Assembly (NCBI GenBank): GCA_030613065.1
Contig: JAUWMQ010000001.1
Coordinates: 15,648-79,647, forward strand
Length of the DNA stretch: 64,000 bases
Direction of reading: 5' to 3'
From: Candidatus Aegiribacteria sp.
GTDB lineage: Bacteria > Fermentibacterota > Fermentibacteria > Fermentibacterales > JCC-6
Part shown: piece after piece, positions 9,591-18,292 of the stretch
How the letters are laid out: each line of letters opens with the position of its first letter
How positions within the stretch are numbered: the stretch's first letter is position 1
Program-made: the position numbers and the translations under genes
Notes under the pieces: model-generated
Seen by the model: the letters and a program-made list of their open reading frames with translations, nothing else
Databases searched by the model: none
What the model was told of the DNA's origin: nothing

Positions 9591-10718
9591 CTGGAACCCA
9601 TTCCTTCGTTCACTCTCCTGGGAAGGTCGGGAAAAGCCCGAAGAGGCCTTCTGAATCTTGCCCATGGAAAGATTGAAACGCCGGTATTCATGCCTGTTGG
9701 CACCCAGGCCAGTGTAAAGACCGTCAGAAATTCCGATCTTCTAAAGGATAACTGGCAGATAATTCTCAGCAATACATACCATCTGTATCTCAGGCCCGGC
9801 GCTGAGGTTATTGCAGATGCCGGTGGTCTTCATCAATTCATGTCATGGGATAGGAATATCCTCACCGACAGCGGCGGATTCCAGCTGTTCAGTCTTTCAA
9901 AACTTAGAAAACGTTCCGAGGAGGGTTACCATTTCCAGTCACATATCGATGGCTCCAGTCATCTTCTTACACCGGAGAAGGTCGTTGAACTCCAGAAGAT
10001 ATTCGGGAGCGATATCATGATGATACTTGACGAATGTCTTGAACAGCCAAGCGACAGGCCTCGAACTGAAGAATCCCTGGATCTGACTCTCAGGTGGGCT
10101 GAACGGGCCAGAAAAATTCACCCCGGGGGTCAGCAGGCGCTTTTCGGTATCGTACAGGGAGGAGCTTACCCGGATCTCAGAAAAAAATCGGCAGAAGTTC
10201 TTGCAGGAATGGATTTCGATGGGTACGCAATAGGGGGAGTATCCGTGGGTGAACCCAGAAATCTGATGATGAAGTCGGTCAGATCCTGTATCGATCATCT
10301 CCCTGAAGAGAGACCAAGGTATCTGATGGGAGTGGGAAAACCGGAGGATCTCGTCGATTTTGTCGCTCTTGGAGTGGATATGTTCGACTGCGTCGTCCCC
10401 ACGAGAAACGCCAGGGGCGGAGCCTTCTTCGTTCCGGGGGGGCATATCAACATACGGAATGCCCGATTCAGAAATGATACCGCTCCGGTTCAGCAGGGAT
10501 GCCGATGCTATACATGCAGCACCTATTCAAGATCCTACATCAAGCACCTTTTCAACGCGAAGGAATGGCTGGCACCCATTCTCGCGACACTTCACAATCT
10601 CCACTATTTCTCCGTACTCATGGGTAAGATAAGAATGGCTGTTGAAGAGCGCCGCTACACCACTTGGAGAAGAGAGTGGCACAGGAAACGGCGGAGTTTT
10701 GACCCGGGAATCTTCTAG
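9591..10718 (+). CDS. tgt: Queuine tRNA-ribosyltransferase (tRNA-guanine transglycosylase); start codon non-canonical or unresolved
   Basis: ATG-ORF is 9690..10718 (MPVGTQASVK..., DCVVPTRNARGG, zinc site CRCYTCSTYSRSYIKHL). The same frame is open from 9579 and encodes LEPIPSFTLLGRSGKARRGLLNLAHGKIETPVF, which is the conserved Tgt N-terminus. No ATG/GTG/TTG lies in 9579-9689. Candidate starts are CTG 9591 (after GAAGGGA, 7-nt spacer), ATT 9600 and ATA 9585. Confidence 0.9.
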   Translation: MEPIPSFTLLGRSGKARRGLLNLAHGKIETPVFMPVGTQASVKTVRNSDLLKDNWQIILSNTYHLYLRPGAEVIADAGGLHQFMSWDRNILTDSGGFQLFSLSKLRKRSEEGYHFQSHIDGSSHLLTPEKVVELQKIFGSDIMMILDECLEQPSDRPRTEESLDLTLRWAERARKIHPGGQQALFGIVQGGAYPDLRKKSAEVLAGMDFDGYAIGGVSVGEPRNLMMKSVRSCIDHLPEERPRYLMGVGKPEDLVDFVALGVDMFDCVVPTRNARGGAFFVPGGHINIRNARFRNDTAPVQQGCRCYTCSTYSRSYIKHLFNAKEWLAPILATLHNLHYFSVLMGKIRMAVEERRYTTWRREWHRKRRSFDPGIF

Positions 10719-10722
10719 GAGC

Positions 10723-11964
10723 ATGTCCGACAATGAGATCATTGTTGAGATAACCGCCCTGGGCAACAGGGTGGGAGGAATTTCCTCCGGCCTGGGAGGA
10801 AAAACCGTATTCGTCCGCGGAGCCCTTCCCGGAGAGACGGTCAAATGCAGAACGGTAAAGGTCAGAAAGAATGTTATCGAGGCCGACCTGGTAGAAATCC
10901 TTGATCTATCACCCTATAGAACAGAACCTTTCTGCAGCTGTTTTGGTAAATGCGGCGGTTGCTCACTACAGAATCTCCTGTATTCAAGGCAGCTATTCTG
11001 GAAGCGGAACTGGATTGATAATGTACTTACAAGAGCCTTTATCGTTTACCCCGATGAGCTCATGAAAGATGTTATTCCATCACCTGCTACAGCGGGCTAC
11101 AGGAACCGTGTTTCCTTTGATATCCTTAACTGCAAACCGGGGCTTCACCGCTTCAGGGGAGACGTTATGGTCGTTGATGGCTGCCCGCTGCTCAACAGAA
11201 GGGGACAGAAGGCATTCGAAAGGCTATTTGAAAAACAGCTGGATGGTAGCAGGAGAGTGTCTGTAAGAGCATCTGAGAGAACGGGAGAAGCAATGCTCGA
11301 GTTTTCAGGCCTCTCATCTATGAAAATTGCCAGCGGACGTGATTCAGATATCATCGCATGGAAAGATATCAGTGGCTGGCAGATTGATCCTCGCGGATCT
11401 GTACTCCACGAAATCGTGGGCGGTTTTACGTATCCCGTTAGACCAGGTACGTTCTTCCAGGTGAATACCGGCTGCGCTGACATCATTATCTCCATTGTCA
11501 CAGGCTTGTGCCGGGAAGACAGGAAGACCCTGGACCTTTACGGAGGTTGTGGTACCTTTGCTCTGCCCCTGGCCTCTGGGGGGGCTGTAGTGACCTCTGT
11601 CGAGTTAAACCCTGATGCGTCAGCATCCGGAAAAGAAGCTGCCGAACTCTCTGGAATTAGTGGAGTTAACTTTCTGACCGGCAGAACAGAACATTTTCTG
11701 CTGGATACCGTACGGGCGAAACAGGCCTGGGACACTGTTATCGTGGATCCTCCGCGGGCGGGGCTGGGAATCAGTATCTCACGCCTTCTGCAAAGAGTCA
11801 TCGCGAAGAGGATTGTTTATATAAGCTGCAACCCCTTCACAATGGCCAGGGATCTGAAAGTGTTATGTGAAGGCAACTGGGCTGTTGCCGGGATACAGCC
11901 AGTTGATATGTTTCCACAGACGGATCATGTGGAGACAGTGACTGAACTGAAGAGGAAGGAATAG
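10723..11964 (+). CDS. RlmD/RumA-family 23S rRNA (uracil-5)-methyltransferase (TRAM + 4Fe-4S + SAM MTase)
   Basis: TRAM-like N-terminus, Cys cluster CSCFGKCGGCSLQ, SAM fold DLYGGCGTF, VIVDPPRAGL, and catalytic YISCNPFT. Start moved to ATG 10723 (AGGAG at 10717-10721), just after the tgt stop, in place of the track start 10642. Confidence 0.85.
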   Translation: MSDNEIIVEITALGNRVGGISSGLGGKTVFVRGALPGETVKCRTVKVRKNVIEADLVEILDLSPYRTEPFCSCFGKCGGCSLQNLLYSRQLFWKRNWIDNVLTRAFIVYPDELMKDVIPSPATAGYRNRVSFDILNCKPGLHRFRGDVMVVDGCPLLNRRGQKAFERLFEKQLDGSRRVSVRASERTGEAMLEFSGLSSMKIASGRDSDIIAWKDISGWQIDPRGSVLHEIVGGFTYPVRPGTFFQVNTGCADIIISIVTGLCREDRKTLDLYGGCGTFALPLASGGAVVTSVELNPDASASGKEAAELSGISGVNFLTGRTEHFLLDTVRAKQAWDTVIVDPPRAGLGISISRLLQRVIAKRIVYISCNPFTMARDLKVLCEGNWAVAGIQPVDMFPQTDHVETVTELKRKE

Positions 11965-11966
11965 AA

Positions 11967-13385
11967 ATGGCGGCAGTTCTGATAGCGGCGGGAATACTAT
12001 TTGGAACAGTTCAGCAGGCGGGACTGCCACTTCAGGATCCTCTTAACTGGTGGCTTTACATGCTGGAAACAGATTCGGAAACCATGCTTCCCGGAACCTT
12101 CCCGCTTGTAGATTCCCACTTCCTTAATGACGGCAATTCGTCAACAGGCTCCCTCGGAAGCATGGAGGGATTCCTTTTCACCAGAAGCTCATCACCAAAT
12201 GTCTCCAGGCCGGAAAGCCCTGCATTCTCACTGACTGGAACGGTTGCGGGGGAGGTGCTCAATTCCTCCGACAGTTTCGAGACCAGAACCGGAGCAACAG
12301 CCAGACTTTTCGTCGATATTTTTCCCGGGTTGTATCTCGATGAAAGGCTATCGGTCTGGGCAGGTTCCGACGAGAGTCCACCCGATTACTTCTCACCCTA
12401 TCATGAGGGCATGGAGAGAGGAAGGCACCTCTATGTGGACTGGGGCTATCTCCGGTGGAATAACGAAACCGTTTCGCTGGGCTTCGGAAGAATACCCCAG
12501 AGATGGGGACCGGGCAGGTTTACGCAGCTTCTTATCTCGAATAACAGCCCGTCACTTGATATGCTGAAAGTTCAGTTCAATCTCTGGAACACGCTGAGAT
12601 TTACAGGATTCACATCCACGATCGACAGCGATTCCGGCACATACCTTTCCGCTCACAGGCTGGATATTTCTCCTCGGGAAAACCTTCGGATAGGGCTCTG
12701 TGAATCGATTCTTTTTAAAGCTGAAGGAATGGATTTCGCGTACATGAATCCTGTCATTCCATGGTATCCGGTGCAGTGGAACGAACGGGTGGATGACAAT
12801 GCGTTTTTCAGCTTTGACGTGTCATGGAAACCTTTCAGTGGTGTAGAAACCTACGGTGAACTCCTTATCGATGATATCCAGTACGAGAACACCGGCGACA
12901 GGCCCAACAAACTCGGCTGGACGGCAGGATTGTCCGCATACATCAATCAGCTTGATCTGGGTACGGTGATCGAGTACACAAGAATTGACAGATATGTGTA
13001 CGGCCAGCGAAGGCCCTGTAACTTCTACCTGCATCATGGAGAGATAATAGGCTCGGAGCTGGGACCCGATGCCGACAGGGTAACACTGTCCCTTGGAACA
13101 TCAGCCGCCTGGCCCCTGCTGGGTGAGATCACGCTGGATCACACAAGACATGGAGAGGGAACAGTTCAGGAGGGCTGGCCTGACTCGGCCTCCACCGCCG
13201 GAGTGTTTCCTTCCGGAATAATAGAATACACAACAGGTGCTGAGCTGCACCTTGGATGGTATCCTCTTGATTTTCTTGAAATTCACGGAAATGTCGGAAA
13301 TAAGTGGATAAGGAACCTGAACCATGTTCCGGGTGAATCAGACTCCGATTTCGGAACCTCCCTTGAAGCCATCTACAACTGGTAA
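11967..13385 (+). CDS. Wzi-like (capsule-assembly family) outer-membrane beta-barrel protein
   Basis: 472 aa. The segment LGFGRIPQRWGPGRFTQLLISNNSPSLDMLKV resembles the Caps_assemb_Wzi signature (GR..l.WGPG...sLllS.NA.P). It is beta-rich and ends in an aromatic residue (YNW). Confidence 0.55.
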   Translation: MAAVLIAAGILFGTVQQAGLPLQDPLNWWLYMLETDSETMLPGTFPLVDSHFLNDGNSSTGSLGSMEGFLFTRSSSPNVSRPESPAFSLTGTVAGEVLNSSDSFETRTGATARLFVDIFPGLYLDERLSVWAGSDESPPDYFSPYHEGMERGRHLYVDWGYLRWNNETVSLGFGRIPQRWGPGRFTQLLISNNSPSLDMLKVQFNLWNTLRFTGFTSTIDSDSGTYLSAHRLDISPRENLRIGLCESILFKAEGMDFAYMNPVIPWYPVQWNERVDDNAFFSFDVSWKPFSGVETYGELLIDDIQYENTGDRPNKLGWTAGLSAYINQLDLGTVIEYTRIDRYVYGQRRPCNFYLHHGEIIGSELGPDADRVTLSLGTSAAWPLLGEITLDHTRHGEGTVQEGWPDSASTAGVFPSGIIEYTTGAELHLGWYPLDFLEIHGNVGNKWIRNLNHVPGESDSDFGTSLEAIYNW

Positions 13386-13575
13386 ACGGCAGGGGACGTA
13401 GCACACTTCTTCAACTTATGGGTTGTTTACAGTAACTATAATAATTAATAAAGTGTCTTTGTCAGAGGGCATAGTAAGTCGAAGCTGGCAGAATTTGACG
13501 ATCTATTCAGCCTACTGCAACATAGTTATATAATTAACTGATAATAATTAGATAATAATGCTCAAATGCAAGACC

Positions 13576-13627
13576 TGGCCCTAGAGGGTGGCCCTAGACG
13601 GTGGCCCTAGAGGGTGGCCCTAGAGGG
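13576..13627. repeat. 4 x 13 bp perfect-phase tandem repeat TGGCCCTAGAGGG (copy 2 has one mismatch)
   Basis: Copies lie at 13576-13588, 13589-13601 (..TAGACGG), 13602-13614 and 13615-13627. The last copy supplies the TAG stop (13622-13620) of the GNAT gene. It sits next to a ~190-bp AT-rich convergent spacer. Confidence 0.9.
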
Positions 13628-14084
13628 GATTGCCGTATATTCCCGGTGTACTGCCTTCGATGACCCTTGCGTCACATATCCTCTGGAAGAACTCTACGGG
13701 ACCCGCGTCACCTATGACAGCGTAACCGTAACCAGCTTCCCTCATGCTGTGCAGCGCAGCGATTACAACTGCTTTTCCGACACCTTTTCCGCAAGAGTCG
13801 TCGTGAACCCCAATAGGTCCCAGAAATCCCTTCGCGGTACAGTCCCAGCAGCAGAAACCGGCAAGTCTACCGGATACACTATCCACGGCAACGATTATCG
13901 TGGGCGGTACGGATCCAAAGGCGGCCCCGGCTTCCGCCTTCCAGCCGCTGCTGAAATTATCTCCAATGAATGAAAGGACATAGGGTGACTGGTGAGCGAG
14001 CGGTTTCCCTACCCACAAACCATCCTGTTCCGGGTTACCAGGCAGATCGTACAGCGGGACCAGGAGATCAGGCAAATAAACCAA
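13620..14084 (-). CDS. GNAT-family N-acetyltransferase
   Basis: 154 aa with an acetyl-CoA binding-like motif (IGVHDDSCGKGVGKAVVIAAL) and C-terminal YAVIGDAGPVEFF. Confidence 0.8.
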   Translation of the reverse strand: MVYLPDLLVPLYDLPGNPEQDGLWVGKPLAHQSPYVLSFIGDNFSSGWKAEAGAAFGSVPPTIIVAVDSVSGRLAGFCCWDCTAKGFLGPIGVHDDSCGKGVGKAVVIAALHSMREAGYGYAVIGDAGPVEFFQRICDARVIEGSTPGIYGNPL

Positions 14085-14180
14085 CCCCTCCAGAAACCAT
14101 TATTCCTCGGTTTCTACATCAATTGTTCTGAAGCAAGCTTAACTGGCATATTATGTTATCCGGGAAGTAGAAAAGGTAGC

Positions 14181-14624
14181 TTATTCTATTCGCGTTCCCA
14201 AATATTCATCCCCTATCAGCACCTTGCTCATAACAGCAATATCGCTGCGCCTGTGCCAGCCTGTCTTCTCATAGAACTCAATTGCGGTGTTGTCAGTGTA
14301 TATGAAGAGGTGGATCTTTTCGATGCCGGCATCCTTTAACGCGTTCTCTGAAGCGGTCATTAGTTTCATGCCGGTTCCCTTCCCCTGCTGCGATTGACCC
14401 ACCGCCAGATGGTAAATGTACCCTCTTCTTCCGTCGTTACCAGCCATCACAGATCCGATAAGATTAGCGTTTTCGAATCCTGAGAAACAGTAATCACCAT
14501 TCCTGCTCAGAAACTTCTCAAAATCCTTCCTGCTGTCGGCACCGGTCATGGTTGTACCAGGAAAGCTGTTCCATAACGCTGTCAATTCATCGTAATCGTT
14601 CTTTTTCATTGTGACAATATTCAT
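14181..14624 (-). CDS. GNAT-family N-acetyltransferase
   Basis: 147 aa. YIYHLAVGQSQQGKGTGMKLM (Q/RxxGxG/A motif) and NTAIEFYEKTGW. Confidence 0.85.
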   Translation of the reverse strand: MNIVTMKKNDYDELTALWNSFPGTTMTGADSRKDFEKFLSRNGDYCFSGFENANLIGSVMAGNDGRRGYIYHLAVGQSQQGKGTGMKLMTASENALKDAGIEKIHLFIYTDNTAIEFYEKTGWHRRSDIAVMSKVLIGDEYLGTRIE

Positions 14625-14636
14625 TCAGCGCTCCTT

Positions 14637-15749
14637 TTACAGGATATTCTCATACAGCTCAAGGTACTTATCAGTTGTGATCTCAATACTGAAGGTGTCA
14701 GCACGTTTTAAAGCAGTGGATCCCATTCTCCACGACAACATGTCATTTTCAAGTAGACACCGCAAAGCTTCCGCCATTTCGGGGGGGGAACCGGGATCAA
14801 CAAGAATGCCACAATGCTGGTCTCGTCCAACCACGTCACCTATTCCAGGAAGGCTGGAGGCAACGACAGGCAGCCCTGAAGCCATAGCCTCGACAGCGGC
14901 TATTCCGAACCCCTCCCTGGAGGAAGGCATGAAGAATACGTCAGCCCGTTTCATCAGGGAGGATATATCACTGACTTCTCCTAAAAATCTAACACTGCCG
15001 GAAACCCCAAGTTCGAAGGCATGTTTTTTCAACATCGCCTCAAGCTTACCGCTACCGGCAATACAGTACTGTAGATCAAGACTGCTTCTGGCGCGCAGAA
15101 GAGAAAAGGCTTCAATTGCAGAGTGATAGTTCTTTGCTTCCGTCAGCCTTCCAACGGAAAGTATAGTTTTTTGATCGATATATCGCGGAGGAGGTTTCCT
15201 GCTGAACTCCTTTAGATCAATACCGTTGAATATAACCTCCAGTTTACCTGATACTTCCGGAATCCATTCAGCCAGTCCGGAAGCAGCTGCCTTGCTTACG
15301 CAGATGATCCTGCAGAATCTCTCATAGAACCAGCGATCAAGCAGCCTGCCCACTGGGGTTCCTCTTCGCCTGTTGGCCGTACTGTGTTCGGTGGTTACAA
15401 AACGAGCCCTGAGGGGTATGGCTTCACATAAAAGTCCTGTAATAAGCTGTGATGGAAACAGATGGGCATGTATGATATCAGCTTTAGAGAGGTCAAGCTC
15501 GCCAATAAGATCTAAAAGAGAGGGAAAGACAAAAGGATCGTAAGGCGTACTGAAACCAAGCGAAAAAACACCCTTACCTGTCCACCCGCTTTCTTTCCCT
15601 GCAAGGGAAATAAGAATACTGTCATGATTCCGCTCAAGGTACCGCTGATGAAGGCACAGAGCTAATTTCTCAGCTCCTCCCATCTGAAAGCTGTTGATAA
15701 TTTGAAATATCCTCAAGCGGTTCTCTCCGTTATCCTCCGATTGAATCAA
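14637..15749 (-). CDS. Glycosyltransferase, GT4 (GT-B fold) family
   Basis: 370 aa. N-terminal GGAEK, C-terminal EGFGIAAVEAMASGLPVVAS. Confidence 0.85.
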   Translation of the reverse strand: MIQSEDNGENRLRIFQIINSFQMGGAEKLALCLHQRYLERNHDSILISLAGKESGWTGKGVFSLGFSTPYDPFVFPSLLDLIGELDLSKADIIHAHLFPSQLITGLLCEAIPLRARFVTTEHSTANRRRGTPVGRLLDRWFYERFCRIICVSKAAASGLAEWIPEVSGKLEVIFNGIDLKEFSRKPPPRYIDQKTILSVGRLTEAKNYHSAIEAFSLLRARSSLDLQYCIAGSGKLEAMLKKHAFELGVSGSVRFLGEVSDISSLMKRADVFFMPSSREGFGIAAVEAMASGLPVVASSLPGIGDVVGRDQHCGILVDPGSPPEMAEALRCLLENDMLSWRMGSTALKRADTFSIEITTDKYLELYENIL

Positions 15750-15826
15750 ATTGACAATGAGCAGTTCATATGTAAATCTATATCAGACTGTTGGGAATGG
15801 AAAGTTCCGAAGATCGAAAATCGAAA

Positions 15827-15902
<76 letters not shown>

Positions 15903-15914
15903 ACCGTTCGAGCC

Positions 15915-15943
15915 AATTTACGAAAATAGATTCAAAAGGTCAA
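15915..15943 (-). promoter_or_regulatory. Sigma70-like promoter for tRNA-Phe (TTGACC-N17-TAAATT)
   Basis: Minus-strand reading: TTGACC (15943-15938), a 17-nt spacer, then TAAATT (15920-15915), 12 nt upstream of the tRNA 5' end. The same hexamers and spacing occur upstream of tRNA-Ser(UGA) at 63651-63679. Confidence 0.5.
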
Positions 15944-15951
15944 GCTTTATT

Positions 15952-15978
15952 GGGGCCGGGCCTTTTCGACCCGGCCCC
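15952..15978 (-). terminator. GC-rich hairpin downstream of the four-gene membrane operon (terminator-like, no U-tract)
   Basis: GGGGCCGGG (15952-15960), loop CCTTTTCGA, CCCGGCCCC (15970-15978). It lies 10 nt after the stop of the 15989 gene and just upstream of the tRNA-Phe promoter. Confidence 0.4.
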
Positions 15979-15988
15979 TTCTGCTACA

Positions 15989-16618
15989 CTAATCTATCAC
16001 ATGCAGCCAATCACCCAGCAGATACTGTATCCTGCCGATGAGCAGGCTGATACGGCCCATAACGGTAAAACCGAAAGTGGCGCCGAAACCGAGCATGATC
16101 ACCCAGATACCGATTTTGGAACCCGTTCCGAAGAACAACCCCTTGTGCGGTTTGGAGAAGAAGAAGTAGATCAGCGCAGCAAGGGTTCCCAGAATCATCA
16201 CGCTGTTGCCAAGCACCTCATACCAGGGCATGCCCGACTGATAGAGGGGTACCATGGCGCCTTCCACCTGGCGAAGCACGTTAGCTTTCATGGTAAGAGG
16301 AAAACCAACACCCATGGCCGTTCCCATATAGAAACCTATGGGATATCTGGACAACCAGGATATCCGCGGAATGAACCTTGTTATGTACAGGAGTCCCAGA
16401 ATTCCCGGAATGAGCAGTATCCAGTGGTCACCGCTCAGGAGGGGATCTATGAGTCTTGGCTTCACGGTTATCTGGTATGTGATGGCCATTCCGTATCCTG
16501 CGGATATACCCACCACGAGGTGCTCCGCTAGCCTGTAGATAGGATTCTCCTTGTAAAGAAAGGAGTAGATGGCAAGCGTGAATAACGCGCCTACCCAGAT
16601 GCCTATGGTCTCATACAT
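15989..16618 (-). CDS. Polytopic membrane protein, unknown family (operon gene D)
   Basis: 209 aa with ~6 hydrophobic helices. ATG at 16618 is preceded by GGGAGGGAGG with a 7-nt spacer, 3 nt after the stop of gene C. Confidence 0.75.
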   Translation of the reverse strand: MYETIGIWVGALFTLAIYSFLYKENPIYRLAEHLVVGISAGYGMAITYQITVKPRLIDPLLSGDHWILLIPGILGLLYITRFIPRISWLSRYPIGFYMGTAMGVGFPLTMKANVLRQVEGAMVPLYQSGMPWYEVLGNSVMILGTLAALIYFFFSKPHKGLFFGTGSKIGIWVIMLGFGATFGFTVMGRISLLIGRIQYLLGDWLHVID

Positions 16619-16621
16619 TTC

Positions 16622-17623
16622 CTACCTCCCTCCCTTAAGCAGGGTCTTCTTATGAAAACCTCCTGCGAAGAACGCTAGGTTACCCATTATGATCAGCAGA
16701 ATAATGAATATATGTGCTGCTGACTGGACATCCATCCCGGTGAACGCCTTATCGGTGGAGGGTGTAATGCCGTTCTCGGCCAGAAGCACCTCATACTCGG
16801 CGGCACCCCGCAGACCTCCCATCTGGCCTATCACCTGTCCCGCCTGCAGGTACGGATAGTAATCCGTAGCCATAACGGCTGTAAGACCGAAAGCTATGGG
16901 CAACCCTATCTTCTCCCGGGCGTAGGTGACCCACCATACGCAGGCACCGGAGCCTGAACTGGTAAGGGCCATGTCCACTTCCCTGAGGCTTTTGTGTTCC
17001 TGAAGCATTGGCATTTCCCCCGTGGAGTTCCCGTGCGCGTCTACTGGGTACTGCGTTTCTATGGAAACGGTCATTCCCAGTATCACGAGGTTGAAAACAG
17101 GTGCATACCCCATAGCAGCATAATCCCTGCCTTCGAAAACCCATCCGAGGGCTCCTTCCGAAAGCTGGTTCCCCTGATTTTCCCAGGCCTCAACCAGCTC
17201 ACCCTTTGCTGTAACATCTGCTTCGCGAAGCTCCCTCCAGTCATCGAAAGGAACTTCCTGATAGAATCCTACCGTACTCGGATTGAATACATACTCCATG
17301 GCGGCAAGCATCATTCCATGATGCAGCGGCCAGTTCGCGGTCATGAACACCGGAACATTGTTATGGAACGCGTGGCGCATCACAGCCACTGCCATGGGCA
17401 TGTTCTCCGCCTGTGTACCGGGGGCGAAATCGAAACTTACGAAGATGGCATTATCCGGACCCAGATCATCCATGTAATAGAAGATATCCTCGACTTCGGT
17501 GGTAGTAACTACAGGCATTCCGAAGTTGATGAAGAACGGAACTATTGACACAACTGCTATCCCAAGGAAGATCCAGCGCCGGTCAATATTAAGCATTTTT
17601 TCCCAGATATTCACGGCACTCAC
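16622..17623 (-). CDS. Bitopic membrane protein with large central domain, unknown family (operon gene C)
   Basis: 333 aa. N-terminal TM (WIFLGIAVVSIVPFFINFG) and C-terminal TM (AAHIFIILLIIMGNLAFFAGGF). The GTG start directly abuts the TAG stop of gene B (TAGGTG). Confidence 0.75.
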   Translation of the reverse strand: MSAVNIWEKMLNIDRRWIFLGIAVVSIVPFFINFGMPVVTTTEVEDIFYYMDDLGPDNAIFVSFDFAPGTQAENMPMAVAVMRHAFHNNVPVFMTANWPLHHGMMLAAMEYVFNPSTVGFYQEVPFDDWRELREADVTAKGELVEAWENQGNQLSEGALGWVFEGRDYAAMGYAPVFNLVILGMTVSIETQYPVDAHGNSTGEMPMLQEHKSLREVDMALTSSGSGACVWWVTYAREKIGLPIAFGLTAVMATDYYPYLQAGQVIGQMGGLRGAAEYEVLLAENGITPSTDKAFTGMDVQSAAHIFIILLIIMGNLAFFAGGFHKKTLLKGGR

Positions 17624-18268
17624 CTACTTCCCTGCTCCGCCGAGCCAGTTACGCTCGACGCCGAATATTATTTTAAGATTTGTTGCCAGCATACCGAACC
17701 CGACTCCAAGCATTATAGCCCGTTTGGCCGCAAGGTTCGGGTAACGGAGTATCCAGAGACCCGTCTGGGGGAACCATTTACCTAACAGTTCTCCGATAGG
17801 TACCTGGCCCAGCATTACAATTATTGCCGAAAGCAGCAGCACTGTGGCAAGTGCCGATTTAGCCCTGAACGCCCTGAAGGCGGCACTTGCTATATAGAAG
17901 GCCAGCAGGCTGAACATGGTTGCCTGTATGGGAACCTGCACGTGCATGAATATGAAATGGAAAATACTGGGTGAATCCATCCCCCCGCTGAGGGATCCGG
18001 GCCATATGTGCGCCAGGACCGGCATCAGATAGAGCGGTATCAGCACGGCCCAGCTGTACTGCCAGTTCTTTGATTTCCTCCGTATCTTGTGTGAATGAAT
18101 CCTTGTGAGACTTCCGACTCCGAGTACGAGCGCGAACGCAAGAATTATAGGAGTCCAGTCCGTGTAGTACGCGAAAATAGTCTGCGATATCTGGTGAGGA
18201 ATGAAATACTGCAGGATCATCAGTATTCCGCCCACCATCACAATCATAAGCGGAACAGTTCTTTTCAC
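17624..18268 (-). CDS. Polytopic membrane protein, unknown family (operon gene B)
   Basis: 214 aa with ~6 hydrophobic helices. GTG start is preceded by AAGGAG with an 8-nt spacer. Confidence 0.75.
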   Translation of the reverse strand: MKRTVPLMIVMVGGILMILQYFIPHQISQTIFAYYTDWTPIILAFALVLGVGSLTRIHSHKIRRKSKNWQYSWAVLIPLYLMPVLAHIWPGSLSGGMDSPSIFHFIFMHVQVPIQATMFSLLAFYIASAAFRAFRAKSALATVLLLSAIIVMLGQVPIGELLGKWFPQTGLWILRYPNLAAKRAIMLGVGFGMLATNLKIIFGVERNWLGGAGK

Positions 18269-18292
18269 TGTTCTTTCTCCTTTCTGGTGGGC

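Noticed and set aside
10642-10722. N-terminal 27 codons of the track ORF for the RlmD-like gene
   Set aside because: They overlap the tgt 3' end in another frame and are not conserved-looking. ATG 10723 has an AGGAG RBS and starts directly at the TRAM domain.
13386-13575. AT-rich convergent spacer considered as a dif/terminus site or replication origin
   Set aside because: I found no XerC/D-type 11-6-11 imperfect palindrome (nothing resembling ..GCGCATAA TGTATA TTATGTTAAAT) and no DnaA boxes (TTATCCACA). Gene-orientation switches also occur at 4.6, 58.4 and 60.5 kb, so convergence alone is not diagnostic.
13576-13627. 13-bp tandem repeats considered as a CRISPR array or tRNA-Phe att site
   Set aside because: The repeats are contiguous with no spacers and far too short for CRISPR. 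They show only trivial similarity (GGTGGCC versus GGTGCCG) to the tRNA-Phe 3' end, and no integrase is present.
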